From Fibrobacterota bacterium (GTDB lineage: Bacteria; Fibrobacterota; Fibrobacteria; UBA11236), in NCBI GenBank assembly GCA_043753995.1, contig JAYUVP010000291.1, positions 1-19,687 of the forward strand: DNA of 19,687 nt, given 5' to 3'. The translations under genes were made by a program, and so were the position numbers. Below are positions 1-8,713 of this stretch, in pieces. How positions within the stretch are numbered: position 1 is the first letter of the stretch; the number at the start of each line of letters is the position of its first letter. Below the pieces are notes generated by a model, which ran no database searches, was not told where the DNA came from, and saw nothing but the letters and a program-made list of their open reading frames with translations.

Positions 1-554
1 GAAAAGGTCTGCACGGGAATATCATTTTCCCAAGTCAAAGCGGCACCGAAGGCCGCCGGATCCAGCCTACGTCCAAAGCGAGCGATCACGGTCAAGCTAT
101 CCTGGCCTTGCTTGCCTTGCGAGGTAATTTCCAGAAATGACTTGTTGCGATCGATATTCACTTCAGGCAATACCGCGGAAGTATCCAAGCGAAAATGCAA
201 AGCCTCCGTAGTATCAGTGCCAGCAGAAAGCAGGGTACCCAATGGACTCGTGGAATCCTTAGAAGTGGAATCGCGGTCCAAACCATAACGTTCGCAATAT
301 AAGGCCCAGGCCAGTCCGGATTCGGCCCAATAGCGGGCTTGGGCCTTGTCTCTGGCCTTTACCCAGGGTTCGGTGGACATGCGACCCCGCTGCATGAGCA
401 AGGCGGCCAAGGCAATTAAGGCAGCCAAAACCGATAGAACCACAGGTAGGGCCACGCCCCTCTGGCATCGGCCCGAGAGGGACTTATCTAGTTCGCTTGG
501 AAGGAGCCTAGGCGAGCTTGAATCAAGGTTGAGATTCGAGCTCGTATTGCCCAT
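1..554 (-). CDS. GspK/PilX-like minor pseudopilin (3'-truncated by window edge)
   Basis: Not in ORF track because it has no stop in the window. Manual translation from ATG at 554 is open to base 1: MGNTSSNLNLDSSSPRLLPSELDKSLSGRCQRG|VALPVVLSVLAALIALAALLMQRGRMSTEPWVKARDKAQARYWAESGLAWALY... It has a class III-like QRG|VAL site, a hydrophobic helix without Glu5 and an AxxxAESG motif, typical of GspK/PilX N-termini. Start codon uncertain. Confidence 0.75.
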   Translation of the reverse strand, partial: MGNTSSNLNLDSSSPRLLPSELDKSLSGRCQRGVALPVVLSVLAALIALAALLMQRGRMSTEPWVKARDKAQARYWAESGLAWALYCERYGLDRDSTSKDSTSPLGTLLSAGTDTTEALHFRLDTSAVLPEVNIDRNKSFLEITSQGKQGQDSLTVIARFGRRLDPAAFGAALTWENDIPVQTF

Positions 555-1002
555 GGCGATCCTTGAATGTCACTTTTCCCGGGCCAATGCGCATTACCTC
601 GGCGGAGTCGATTCGCTCTCCGACACGCACTATCCATTTATTGCCCATGCCATTCATCACGGTCGCAACTTCATTCCCGACCGTTCCCTTCAAAATCAGG
701 GTAGGCCGCACTATGGGACTGGCAGTAGCGCGTGACCCGGAAGACGAACTGTTAGAACTGCGTGAGGTTGAGTGAAAGGGGGATACCGGAGTCAGAGTAT
801 CGCCTATCAAAGCGTTTTTCAATTCATTGTTCAGGCTTTGATAACCCCGGTTGGCCCAGGGCATGTTTTGTTGCGCATTACGGGTAATGATTTTGGCTTG
901 CTGACTCGTCACTTGCTCGTCGATAAAACGCTGTAAAAGTGAAACCGTGATGGCTGTTGCAAAAAGGGGCGGCCCCCAAATCCAGAGATGCTTGCGATTC
1001 AT
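523..1002 (-). CDS. GspC/PilP-like type II secretion / type IV pilus accessory protein
   Basis: N-terminal TM helix, Ser-rich linker, then a C-terminal HR-like beta domain (LKGTVGNEVATV...IVRVGERIDSAEVMRIGPGKVTF). 4-nt overlap with the upstream gene. Confidence 0.65.
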   Translation of the reverse strand: MNRKHLWIWGPPLFATAITVSLLQRFIDEQVTSQQAKIITRNAQQNMPWANRGYQSLNNELKNALIGDTLTPVSPFHSTSRSSNSSSSGSRATASPIVRPTLILKGTVGNEVATVMNGMGNKWIVRVGERIDSAEVMRIGPGKVTFKDRHGQYELESQP

Positions 1003-1559
1003 TTTAAAACCTCATGGCTACCTAACGCGATGAGGCGTAGCATGGCGTCCAGTTGCGAGGCATTCTCCGAAGCCGGTCTTATTGTGGTTTCCGTCAAGGT
1101 CCACCAAGGTTGATCTTTTTCCATGCGACGTAAAAAGGCCCATAGATTTGCATAGCTGCCACGCGCCCGCAGCATGACTTGCATGGAGCGCAAAGAATCC
1201 TGCCTAGTGGTGGAAACCTGGGTTTCCAAAACATCCACTCCGGATCTGGAGGCGCAATGCCGCAGGCTGTCTAAGGTTTGCTGAAAGGGACGGCGCGGCA
1301 GCAAGCGGCTTTGTGCGAGATGCAAGTTTTGCGCTTGCAAGGCGACATGGCGATTCAAATCCAATTCCACCGAATCAAGCCATGCCGTTTGATACACATT
1401 TGCCGCCATTTGATCGCGTTCGGCCTGCAAGGCAGAAAGCTGGGTCAAACCAGGCTGGTAAATTTTAAAGAGGGTTATTGCAAAAATCAGGGAGGGCAAT
1501 AAAATAGCGAGCCATCCCCATCCCTCACGACCAAGGATAGGCTTTCCAATGGACTTCAT
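999..1559 (-). CDS. GspM/PilO-like inner-membrane platform protein
   Basis: N-terminal TM, coiled coil and a ferredoxin-like C-terminal part with the PilO/GspM-like RGSYANLWAFLRRME motif. 4-nt overlaps on both sides. Confidence 0.7.
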   Translation of the reverse strand: MKSIGKPILGREGWGWLAILLPSLIFAITLFKIYQPGLTQLSALQAERDQMAANVYQTAWLDSVELDLNRHVALQAQNLHLAQSRLLPRRPFQQTLDSLRHCASRSGVDVLETQVSTTRQDSLRSMQVMLRARGSYANLWAFLRRMEKDQPWWTLTETTIRPASENASQLDAMLRLIALGSHEVLK

Positions 1560-2887
1560 GGGTTGACCAATTGTACTGCCAAATCGAATTGCACCTTACC
1601 CTGCCCTGATTCTTTTTTCTGTGCCATCACTTCCGCAGACCGGGCCTGCGGCATTTTGGCCAAGGCTCCGCGAAAGCCTTCGACCTTTTCCCAATTTGCC
1701 GTCCAGGCCTTAAGGCGTAAATGGACTTGGCCGCTATCGTCTTGAAGCATTTGCAGGGCCAGAATCCCGCCATGATCAGCAGCGGCGGCCAGGTGGCCAA
1801 GGATTAAGGATGCAGGATAAGGATTACGCGCCAATATCCCTAAGCTTTGAAGACTGTCATTACGAGCCTGAAGCAATTGCCTTAATTCTTGCAAGGCCAG
1901 CACCTGTTTTTGATGTCCGGCGGCTTTTAATTGCAATGCTTGATTGTCGGCTTTCGCCTGATTCAAACTGAGGCTTAAGGCACCTGCGCCAACCAGCGAA
2001 CTGGTCAATGCCATGGCTACCGAAAAAAAACAGGCCCTTGCCAACCTTTTGGCACGCAGGGCATAGCCGTCCTCTTCTGGAAGGCTATCATGGACGAGCA
2101 TAGCCTCATTTTCCAATCCTGCGCAAATCCCCAGGGCCAGTGCCTTTTCTACCGACGTTTCCAAGGGCTGCAATTGGGGCAATAAGTCCGTTAAGCGCAA
2201 CCAAGCTTCAGGCGCAATGTTGGGTGGCAATACCCAGTCGAGCCCGGGGCCTAAAACTCGTGCTACGGGTTCTCTTGGATTCTCCGAGAAGCCAATTCCC
2301 CGATAGTGCTGCAGGGATTGGGTCATTGTGTTTTCATCATCCAACGGAAAACTGCGGGCATGCAAAACAGATTTGCCCTGAAAAATCAGGGAGTAAACCC
2401 TTTTCTCAAAAAGGAAAAGCAATTGCCAGGGCTTACCGGAAAAGTTGGCGTTCAAGGACGCTCCCAGTCCCATCAAGGCCAATTCCAAGGGCAGGCGATA
2501 ATCGGCGGCAAGGCCGGATTTTTCCTCATTCTCTGAATAGTCGAGCGTCATCCACAGCCGATGTACGCTGCCGACATGGGTGTCTTCGACATGCAAAACA
2601 TGCCAGCCACGCAAGTGATAGCTCTCGCGCTTAGGTCCCAAGGCGGATTGCAACGCGGCTTCCACCTGATCTTCGTTGACCTCTTCGCCAAAGGGAGTGC
2701 GTATGTCGCAGTGAAGAAAATCGACGCCCGTAATCAATTCAATTCGCTTTTCACCCAAACGAATGCGGAGACGGCCTTTTTCATTTTTTTGCGAAACCAG
2801 GAAACGGGGTTTCGGCCAGGGTTTTACCCGCACTTCTTGTCGGCCAGAAAGCAATACTAAACCCGAACGAAAAGCCAACATGATCAA
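1556..2887 (-). CDS. GspL-like (PilM+PilN architecture) platform protein
   Basis: About 285-aa soluble N-terminal region, one TM (FFSVAMALTSSLVGAGALSLSL), coiled coil, PilN-like C-terminal domain. Lies directly upstream of the GspM/PilO-like gene. Called from architecture and context; sequence is divergent. Confidence 0.6.
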   Translation of the reverse strand: MIMLAFRSGLVLLSGRQEVRVKPWPKPRFLVSQKNEKGRLRIRLGEKRIELITGVDFLHCDIRTPFGEEVNEDQVEAALQSALGPKRESYHLRGWHVLHVEDTHVGSVHRLWMTLDYSENEEKSGLAADYRLPLELALMGLGASLNANFSGKPWQLLFLFEKRVYSLIFQGKSVLHARSFPLDDENTMTQSLQHYRGIGFSENPREPVARVLGPGLDWVLPPNIAPEAWLRLTDLLPQLQPLETSVEKALALGICAGLENEAMLVHDSLPEEDGYALRAKRLARACFFSVAMALTSSLVGAGALSLSLNQAKADNQALQLKAAGHQKQVLALQELRQLLQARNDSLQSLGILARNPYPASLILGHLAAAADHGGILALQMLQDDSGQVHLRLKAWTANWEKVEGFRGALAKMPQARSAEVMAQKKESGQGKVQFDLAVQLVNP

Positions 2888-2899
2888 GACCCTGAAACG

Positions 2900-3403
2900 T
2901 TAAACACGGGATTGCAGTAAAACCAATAACTCGCGAAGATCCCGGTGTAAAGTACGAAGAATTAGGTCAGAATCGATATTTCCATCCGATGAATCAGAGG
3001 GGACATCTTCGACGGGGTTCGATTCGTGTTCCGGGGCTTTGGGTCGCCGGCGTCGAGTCAAATCCGAAGAAGCGGAAGGTAGGGCCGAGCCGAGGCCAGG
3101 CAAGGGCCCAAGTAAATTGACTTGCCCTTCCAAATCGGCAGGATTCGCGTCGGCGATTTTACGCTTGGCGCCCTGCACGGTATACATCTCGTCATACAGC
3201 AAATATTTGATGTAGCGAATGAGCTTTATTTCTTTGGCACGATAAGCGCGATTGCCAGCGCGATTTTTTTTGGGTTTGAGCTGGGGGAATTCCGATTCCC
3301 AGTAGCGCAGTACATGCTGCTCTAGGCCAGTCAGTTGGCATACTTCGGAGATGGAATAATAAAGCTTGCCTTCTTCGAGGCGCTTCATCAGGGCCTTGGT
3401 CAT
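2900..3403 (-). CDS. MerR-family HTH transcriptional regulator (MlrA-like subgroup)
   Basis: KLYYSISEVCQLTGLEQHVLRYWESEFPQLKPKKNRAGNRAY...LLYDEMYTVQGAK is a typical MerR HTH. Low-complexity C-terminal half. GGGAG SD upstream. Confidence 0.9.
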   Translation of the reverse strand: MTKALMKRLEEGKLYYSISEVCQLTGLEQHVLRYWESEFPQLKPKKNRAGNRAYRAKEIKLIRYIKYLLYDEMYTVQGAKRKIADANPADLEGQVNLLGPLPGLGSALPSASSDLTRRRRPKAPEHESNPVEDVPSDSSDGNIDSDLILRTLHRDLRELLVLLQSRV

Positions 3404-4035
3404 GAAGTGCTTCTCCCAAACCGCTTTTCGGTGCCCTGTACCAGCCGCTGAATATTTCCGCGATGCCTAAACACGACAAATAAAGCCATGCCCAGGGCAA
3501 CAAAGAAAAATAGGCCGGCCGCAGGGCGACCTCGCCAATGGGATTCGGCCAGAACCATGGGAGGCAGGACTAGCGCGGCCGTCAGGGAGGATAGACTTAC
3601 GATTCGGCAAAACACCATGACCAAAATCCAGGCAAGCAAGGCCGTGAGACTGGCGATAGGCGACAAAGCCAAAAAGACTCCGAAAGTTGTCAGCACGCTT
3701 TTCCCGCCTTTGAACCGGGCCAGGAAGGAAAGACTATGCCCCACCACGGCCGCAATGCCTGCGGCAATGGCCAGATATTGCGAAGCGGAAAAATCAGTTG
3801 CGAGGTGGAGTCCTATCCAGGCAGCAAAAAAACCCTTGGCGGCATCGAGCAAGGCCACCGGCAAAGCTGGCTTCCATCCCAGAGTGCGCCAAACATTGGT
3901 CATGCCGGGATTGCCACTGCCAACCTGGGTAATGTCGATTCCGAAGGCGAGGCGACAAATCCAAATGGCGGAAGGGATTGACCCTAGGATATAGCCGATT
4001 ACGATGGCCAGAACATAGGCTTGGGCACCCTGCAT
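3400..4035 (-). CDS. plsY: Glycerol-3-phosphate 1-O-acyltransferase PlsY
   Basis: Motifs GYILGSIP, GSGNPGMTN, GH...FKGGKS and HRGNIQRL; multiple TM helices; directly downstream of der, a common arrangement. Confidence 0.95.
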   Translation of the reverse strand: MQGAQAYVLAIVIGYILGSIPSAIWICRLAFGIDITQVGSGNPGMTNVWRTLGWKPALPVALLDAAKGFFAAWIGLHLATDFSASQYLAIAAGIAAVVGHSLSFLARFKGGKSVLTTFGVFLALSPIASLTALLAWILVMVFCRIVSLSSLTAALVLPPMVLAESHWRGRPAAGLFFFVALGMALFVVFRHRGNIQRLVQGTEKRFGRSTS

Positions 4036-4037
4036 GC

Positions 4038-5498
4038 TTATTCCTTGTCTGCCTCGACCGACTCTTCCCCATTTTCTTCGTCGGACTCGACGTCATCGCC
4101 TTCTTCTCCGACTTCCCAATCCTCTTCCTCTCCACCGGTATGGCCGCGCTTGAGGAAATCCTGCAATTCCTCGTCGGTGCGCAATTGAAAGCGACTGCGA
4201 AACCAAATGCGCAGAGGCACGCCGTCAAGTTCAAAATGCGCGAGGGCTTGCTTGCGCAAGTAGCGCACATAGCTTTCCATCACGCGTTCGGGATGGGAAA
4301 TCTCGAAGGCCAAGGCGGGTGGATTGACCAAAACCTGGCAGCAACGCTTCATATTCGCCGGCCCCTGGCTAGTCGAGGGATGCGGATGCGCGGCCCAAGT
4401 TTGCTGAAACCAGGCGATGACATTGTCGCGGCCCAAAATGCGGCGCAAACTGGAGTGCACGGACGCAGCCAAATCCAAAAGGCGGGTGACGCGCTTGCCC
4501 GTCAGTCCTGAGGTGGAAACAAAGGGTATCCAATCAAGTTGGGGCGCTTTATAAACCAATTCACGCACCATGTGATCGAAGGTCTTGTCGCCGGCATCGA
4601 TGGCATCCCATTTATTCAGGGCGATAATCATGCCCTTGCCTTCTTTTTCCACGATTTCAGCGATGCGAAAATCCTGCACTTCCATGCCCTTGGTCGCATC
4701 GAGCAGGAGGACACAAACGTCACTACGGCGTATGGCTTCGAGGGTGCGCAAGTTCGAGAAGTATTCCACTTCATCATTCACGCGCGCTTTTTTACGCAAG
4801 CCCGCCGTATCGGTGAGGATGAAGCGCTTGCCTTCCCAGGTGAAAGGCGTATCGATGGCGTCGCGCGTGGTGCCCGCGACTTCGGAGGTGACAAAGCGTT
4901 CCTCGCCCACCATGGCATTGATGAGGGTGCTCTTGCCCGCATTGGGACGACCCAAAACAGCTATGCGAATGGCGCCTTCTTTGGGGTCATCACCAAAAAC
5001 TTGAGGTAAGTTATTGATGATATTGTCCAGGGCGTCGGCCACGCCAAAGCCTTGCAAGGCTGAGACTGGAAAGGGCTTGCCCAAACCGAGTGACCAAGCT
5101 TCGGACGCTTCCAAAACCACCGAAGGCTTTTCCGACTTATTCACCATCAAGGTGATGGGCTTATTCTTCCGCTGTAAAAGCCGCGAGAATTGCAAGTCCA
5201 AATCGGTCACGCCGACCTTGCCATCGATCACAAAAACGACATGATCCGCTTCCTCTACCGCCACCTCAATTTGCTGACGAACTTGCTCGTCCAGGGCGAC
5301 GGTGCTGCGGGGAATAAAACCGCCGGTATCGACGATTTCAAAGCCGCGTCCCCCCCATGACACTTTTTGGTAGTGACGATCTCTGGTAACACCTTCTCTA
5401 TCTGCAACCACCGCCTCACGACGACCTAGCACTCGATTGAAAAGACTTGATTTTCCGACATTAGGCCGGCCGACAATGACAACGATGGGCAAACGCAT
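4038..5498 (-). CDS. der: Ribosome biogenesis GTPase Der (EngA)
   Basis: Two G domains (GRPNVGKS/DTGG/NKSE and GRPNAGKS/DTAG/NKWD), a KH-like C-terminal domain and an acidic tail. Confidence 0.98.
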   Translation of the reverse strand: MRLPIVVIVGRPNVGKSSLFNRVLGRREAVVADREGVTRDRHYQKVSWGGRGFEIVDTGGFIPRSTVALDEQVRQQIEVAVEEADHVVFVIDGKVGVTDLDLQFSRLLQRKNKPITLMVNKSEKPSVVLEASEAWSLGLGKPFPVSALQGFGVADALDNIINNLPQVFGDDPKEGAIRIAVLGRPNAGKSTLINAMVGEERFVTSEVAGTTRDAIDTPFTWEGKRFILTDTAGLRKKARVNDEVEYFSNLRTLEAIRRSDVCVLLLDATKGMEVQDFRIAEIVEKEGKGMIIALNKWDAIDAGDKTFDHMVRELVYKAPQLDWIPFVSTSGLTGKRVTRLLDLAASVHSSLRRILGRDNVIAWFQQTWAAHPHPSTSQGPANMKRCCQVLVNPPALAFEISHPERVMESYVRYLRKQALAHFELDGVPLRIWFRSRFQLRTDEELQDFLKRGHTGGEEEDWEVGEEGDDVESDEENGEESVEADKE

Positions 5499-5564
5499 CC
5501 TACCAAGGTACCTAACCTATTGGGAAATTCATAGTTTAGGCGTCCGATCTCAAGTGGACTCCCG

Positions 5565-6287
5565 ATGCCTTCCCACCTTTGCGACCTGCATAATCATACC
5601 GTGGATGACCCTCGCGACAAGCATGTCTGGCATACCGCCGAGGAATTAATCGATCGGGCTGCCGCTTTAGGATATGGAGTTTTGGCCATCACCTTGCATG
5701 GCTTACAGCGTCCTTTGGGGCATTTAACCGAATATGCCGCAGAAAAAGGCATTTTGCTTCTCCCTGGAGTAGAGCAAGACATCGAAGGCTTTCATGTTTT
5801 GCTTTTGAATTTTGATATTGACGCGGCCAATGGCATTCGCTCCTTTCAAGACTTGCAGGGCGAGCGACGCAAAGAAAATCTGGTCATCGCCGCCCATCCC
5901 TTTTTCCCTGGGGAAATTTGTTTGCAGGACCGGGTTTTTGAGCATGCCGAGCTTTTCGATGCCCTGGAAATCACCAGCTTTTATCATCCGCTTTGGAATC
6001 CCAATGCCAAGGCCCAAGCTGCTGCCGACACATTGAATTTGCCCACGGTGGGAAATAGCGATACCCATGCCCTGAATCAATTCGGAACCACCAGTAGTCT
6101 CGTGGAAGTAGACGGCGAGGTGACGACCCAAAGCGTCATCGCAGCTATCAAAGCCAAACGCATTCAAGTCAAAACCCGGGCCTTGAATGCCTGGGAAATG
6201 GGCCGCATTGGCTATCAGGTGGTTGGACGCGGTTATATGCCTTGGATTGATTACCCGCGTCAACGCGGACGCCTGGCAGGCAATTAA
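5565..6287 (+). CDS. PHP-domain metal-dependent phosphoesterase
   Basis: PHP motifs DLHNHT, AITLH (usually ITDH), GVE, H, AHPF and NSDTH. Confidence 0.88.
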   Translation: MPSHLCDLHNHTVDDPRDKHVWHTAEELIDRAAALGYGVLAITLHGLQRPLGHLTEYAAEKGILLLPGVEQDIEGFHVLLLNFDIDAANGIRSFQDLQGERRKENLVIAAHPFFPGEICLQDRVFEHAELFDALEITSFYHPLWNPNAKAQAAADTLNLPTVGNSDTHALNQFGTTSSLVEVDGEVTTQSVIAAIKAKRIQVKTRALNAWEMGRIGYQVVGRGYMPWIDYPRQRGRLAGN

Positions 6288-6297
6288 AGCCCTGCCA
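6274..6297. terminator. Possible hairpin at the convergent PHP / UbiA-like junction
   Basis: TGGCAGG (6274-6280) pairs with CCTGCCA (6291-6297) across a 10-nt loop spanning the PHP stop codon. No clear U-tract. Confidence 0.3.
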
Positions 6298-6305
6298 CGG
6301 CCAGG

Positions 6306-7178
6306 CTAGCGGAGGATCAACGAAGCCATCACTCCGAGCAAAATCACAATACTGATACCGGCATTCGCCAAGAAAAAATCATTATTGATGACGTCAAGCG
6401 ATGCGCTACGGCGAAAGCCATGCAAGTAGACGAGGCCTAAGCCTACCAGAACTAGGGCCACGGCAAAGGGCCAGCCTAATTGACCCTGCCAAGCAAAGCC
6501 GATGAATGCTGCCATGGTGATGGCATGCAAAAATGCCGCCAACCGCAAGGCCCCCTCCAAGCCAAACTTGACCACCATGGAATGCAAACCTTGCCTGCGA
6601 TCGAAGGCTTCATCCTGAGTGGCATAAATGATGTCGAAACCAGCTATCCACGAGCCTAGAGCCAGGGCTAAATAGACGCTGGGCAAACCAATTTGCCCGG
6701 TGACGGCCACCCAAGCCCCAGCAGGCGAAATGGCGATGGCAAAGCCGAGGGCGAAATGGCTATAGCTGGTGAAGCGCTTGGTGAGGGAATAACCGCAAGC
6801 CGCCGCCAAGGTGGGCAGGCTCAGCCACAAGGCCAATGGATTCAATTGCCAGGCCGCAATCTCAAAGGCGATGGCATTGCCCACGAAGAAAAGCCAAACC
6901 TCGCCCCGGCCTAATTTGCCTGCAGGAATATGACGCTTGGCCGTGCGCGGATTCAAGGCGTCAATGCGCGCGTCAATGACTCGATTGAAGGCCATGGCGG
7001 CATTCCGACAGGCGATCATGGCCACCAAAATCCACGCAGAAACCTTCCAGGGTGGCAAGCCACCCGCGGCCCAAAGCGCCGAGGCGATGGCAAATGGCAA
7101 TGCAAAAACCGTGTGAGAGAACCGCACCAAGCCGAGAAAGTCAGATGGCTTTTTCCATAGATTGGCTAGGGAATTCAT
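6306..7178 (-). CDS. UbiA-family polyprenyltransferase (MqnP-like)
   Basis: FSHTVFALPFA, AMAFNRVIDARIDALNPRTAKRHIPAG, YSLTKRF, GFDIIYATQDEAFD. Start moved to ATG 7178, which forms an ATGA overlap with the ubiX stop. Confidence 0.9.
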   Translation of the reverse strand: MNSLANLWKKPSDFLGLVRFSHTVFALPFAIASALWAAGGLPPWKVSAWILVAMIACRNAAMAFNRVIDARIDALNPRTAKRHIPAGKLGRGEVWLFFVGNAIAFEIAAWQLNPLALWLSLPTLAAACGYSLTKRFTSYSHFALGFAIAISPAGAWVAVTGQIGLPSVYLALALGSWIAGFDIIYATQDEAFDRRQGLHSMVVKFGLEGALRLAAFLHAITMAAFIGFAWQGQLGWPFAVALVLVGLGLVYLHGFRRSASLDVINNDFFLANAGISIVILLGVMASLILR

Positions 7179-7735
7179 GAACCCATTTCCGGCCAACGCT
7201 GGCTAATAGCATGCTCCAGCCCAAGATGATCGAGCACGCGGGCCAAAACCGTATCGACCAAGTCCTCTATGGTTTTGGGATGATGATAAAAGCTGGGATT
7301 AGCGGGCAAAATCACCGCTCCCAGGTCTGAAAGGATTTTTTGATTTTGCAAATGCACACTATGCATGGGCATTTCACGCGGAACCACAATAAGGCGTCGC
7401 TTTTCTTTCAGGCAAACATCGGCCGAACGCGTCAATAAATTGTCGCCTATGCCCTGAGCCATTTTGCCCAGGCTACCCATGGAGCATGGAATCACTACCA
7501 TGCCATCATGCCTAAAACTTCCCGAGGCAATGGGCGCGAAAAAATTCTCGTTGCCATAGACGGCATCGGCCTCGGTGAGCACTTCTCCGCATTTTTCGAA
7601 ATGCAAAACCTGTCGTCCGCTTTCGCTGGCCACCACATGCACTTCGCGACCAAGGTCATGCAAATGCCGTAAAAGACGCTGGGCATAAATCGCACCGGAA
7701 GCTCCGGTGATGCCGAGAATGATGGGCCGACTCAT
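7175..7735 (-). CDS. ubiX: Flavin prenyltransferase UbiX
   Basis: GITGASG, IASGS, PCSMGSL, RSADVCLKEKRRLIVVPREMP, PSFYHHPKTIEDL; GGAG SD upstream. Confidence 0.95.
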   Translation of the reverse strand: MSRPIILGITGASGAIYAQRLLRHLHDLGREVHVVASESGRQVLHFEKCGEVLTEADAVYGNENFFAPIASGSFRHDGMVVIPCSMGSLGKMAQGIGDNLLTRSADVCLKEKRRLIVVPREMPMHSVHLQNQKILSDLGAVILPANPSFYHHPKTIEDLVDTVLARVLDHLGLEHAISQRWPEMGS

Positions 7736-8436
7736 AGGCTCTCCGGTTTTCTGGCTATCACGATATGGGTAATGCCGAAATCACAGGCCTTCACCGACAC
7801 CTTTTGGAATCCAAGGGATCGACAGCCTTCGGCATAATCCTCGACGGGCGCAAAAGCGCGTATGGAGGAAACCAAATATTCGTAAGCGGCTTTTCGGCTC
7901 ATGAGACCGCCAATCAGGGGAATGGCCAAAGGCGCTATAACGCCATAGAATAGGCGAGTGAAAAGGGTTTCCGGACGAAAGAATTCGAGAGTGATAAAGA
8001 CCCCACCGGGTTTCAAAACCTGGTGGATGGCTTGTAATCCGCGATGCCAATCATCGAGATTGCGTATGCCATAACCGCAAAAGACGGCATCAAAGGAATT
8101 GGGTTTGAATGGCAAGGCCAGGGCATCCACCCCCGCTCTCTGAACCCTGGCCGAGGTCTGGGCGAATTTTCCACGAGATCCGCGCAGCATAGGCAAGGAA
8201 AAGTCCGCGACTATGCCCAAGGTCTCCTTGCTTTGACCGGAGGCTCCCTGCAAAATCGAATGCAAAAAGTCCCCAGTGCCGCCACAAAGATCGAGTATGG
8301 CAGGTGAGCCACGCAGATCAGCCAAAGCCGCGGCATCGCGGCGCCAGGCCTTGTCCCGACCTGCACTCAGCAGGTGATTCAGGGTGTCGTAACGGGTCGC
8401 TATGCCGTCGAAGAGGCGCTTTACGGTAACATTCAT
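7732..8436 (-). CDS. menG: Demethylmenaquinone methyltransferase (MenG/UbiE family)
   Basis: FDGIATRYDTLNHLLSAGRDKAWRR, SAM motif LDLCGGTGD, DALALPF, GYGIRN, VLKPGG, AYEYLVSSI. Start moved to ATG 8436 because the longer ORF overlaps the tRNA and its promoter. Confidence 0.92.
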   Translation of the reverse strand: MNVTVKRLFDGIATRYDTLNHLLSAGRDKAWRRDAAALADLRGSPAILDLCGGTGDFLHSILQGASGQSKETLGIVADFSLPMLRGSRGKFAQTSARVQRAGVDALALPFKPNSFDAVFCGYGIRNLDDWHRGLQAIHQVLKPGGVFITLEFFRPETLFTRLFYGVIAPLAIPLIGGLMSRKAAYEYLVSSIRAFAPVEDYAEGCRSLGFQKVSVKACDFGITHIVIARKPESL

Positions 8437-8478
8437 AATGGCTTCTGAAAGAGATGAAGAAAAGTAGCCTGTCGCGCA

Positions 8479-8516
8479 TTGACAGCTCTCCGAAAAACGC
8501 TTAATTTGCCCCCCAC
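8479..8516 (+). promoter_or_regulatory. Sigma70-type promoter of tRNA-Phe with GC-rich discriminator
   Basis: TTGACA (8479-8484), 17-nt spacer, TAATTT (8502-8507), then GCCCCCCAC. The -10 box ends 14 nt before the tRNA. Confidence 0.8.
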
Positions 8517-8521
8517 TTCTT

Positions 8522-8594
<73 letters not shown>

Positions 8595-8713
8595 CCCACT
8601 TTCTCGACTCCTGGTCATGGCCACGAGTTGATACTTGAGCCCGATAGCCCATTTTATAGCGCTTGCATCGGTACTTAGACTCCCCTTCCTCACCTCACGC
8701 TTCAAAGCAACCT

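Noticed and set aside
259..775. ORFs 259-468 (-), 346-735 (+) and 563-775 (+)
   Set aside because: They overlap the better-supported GspK-like and GspC-like frames.
3978..5244. Several long + strand ORFs opposite der (177, 156, 139, 76 aa)
   Set aside because: Antisense shadows of a conserved gene with no motifs. The same applies to ORFs opposite plsY, tldD, pmbA and sppA.
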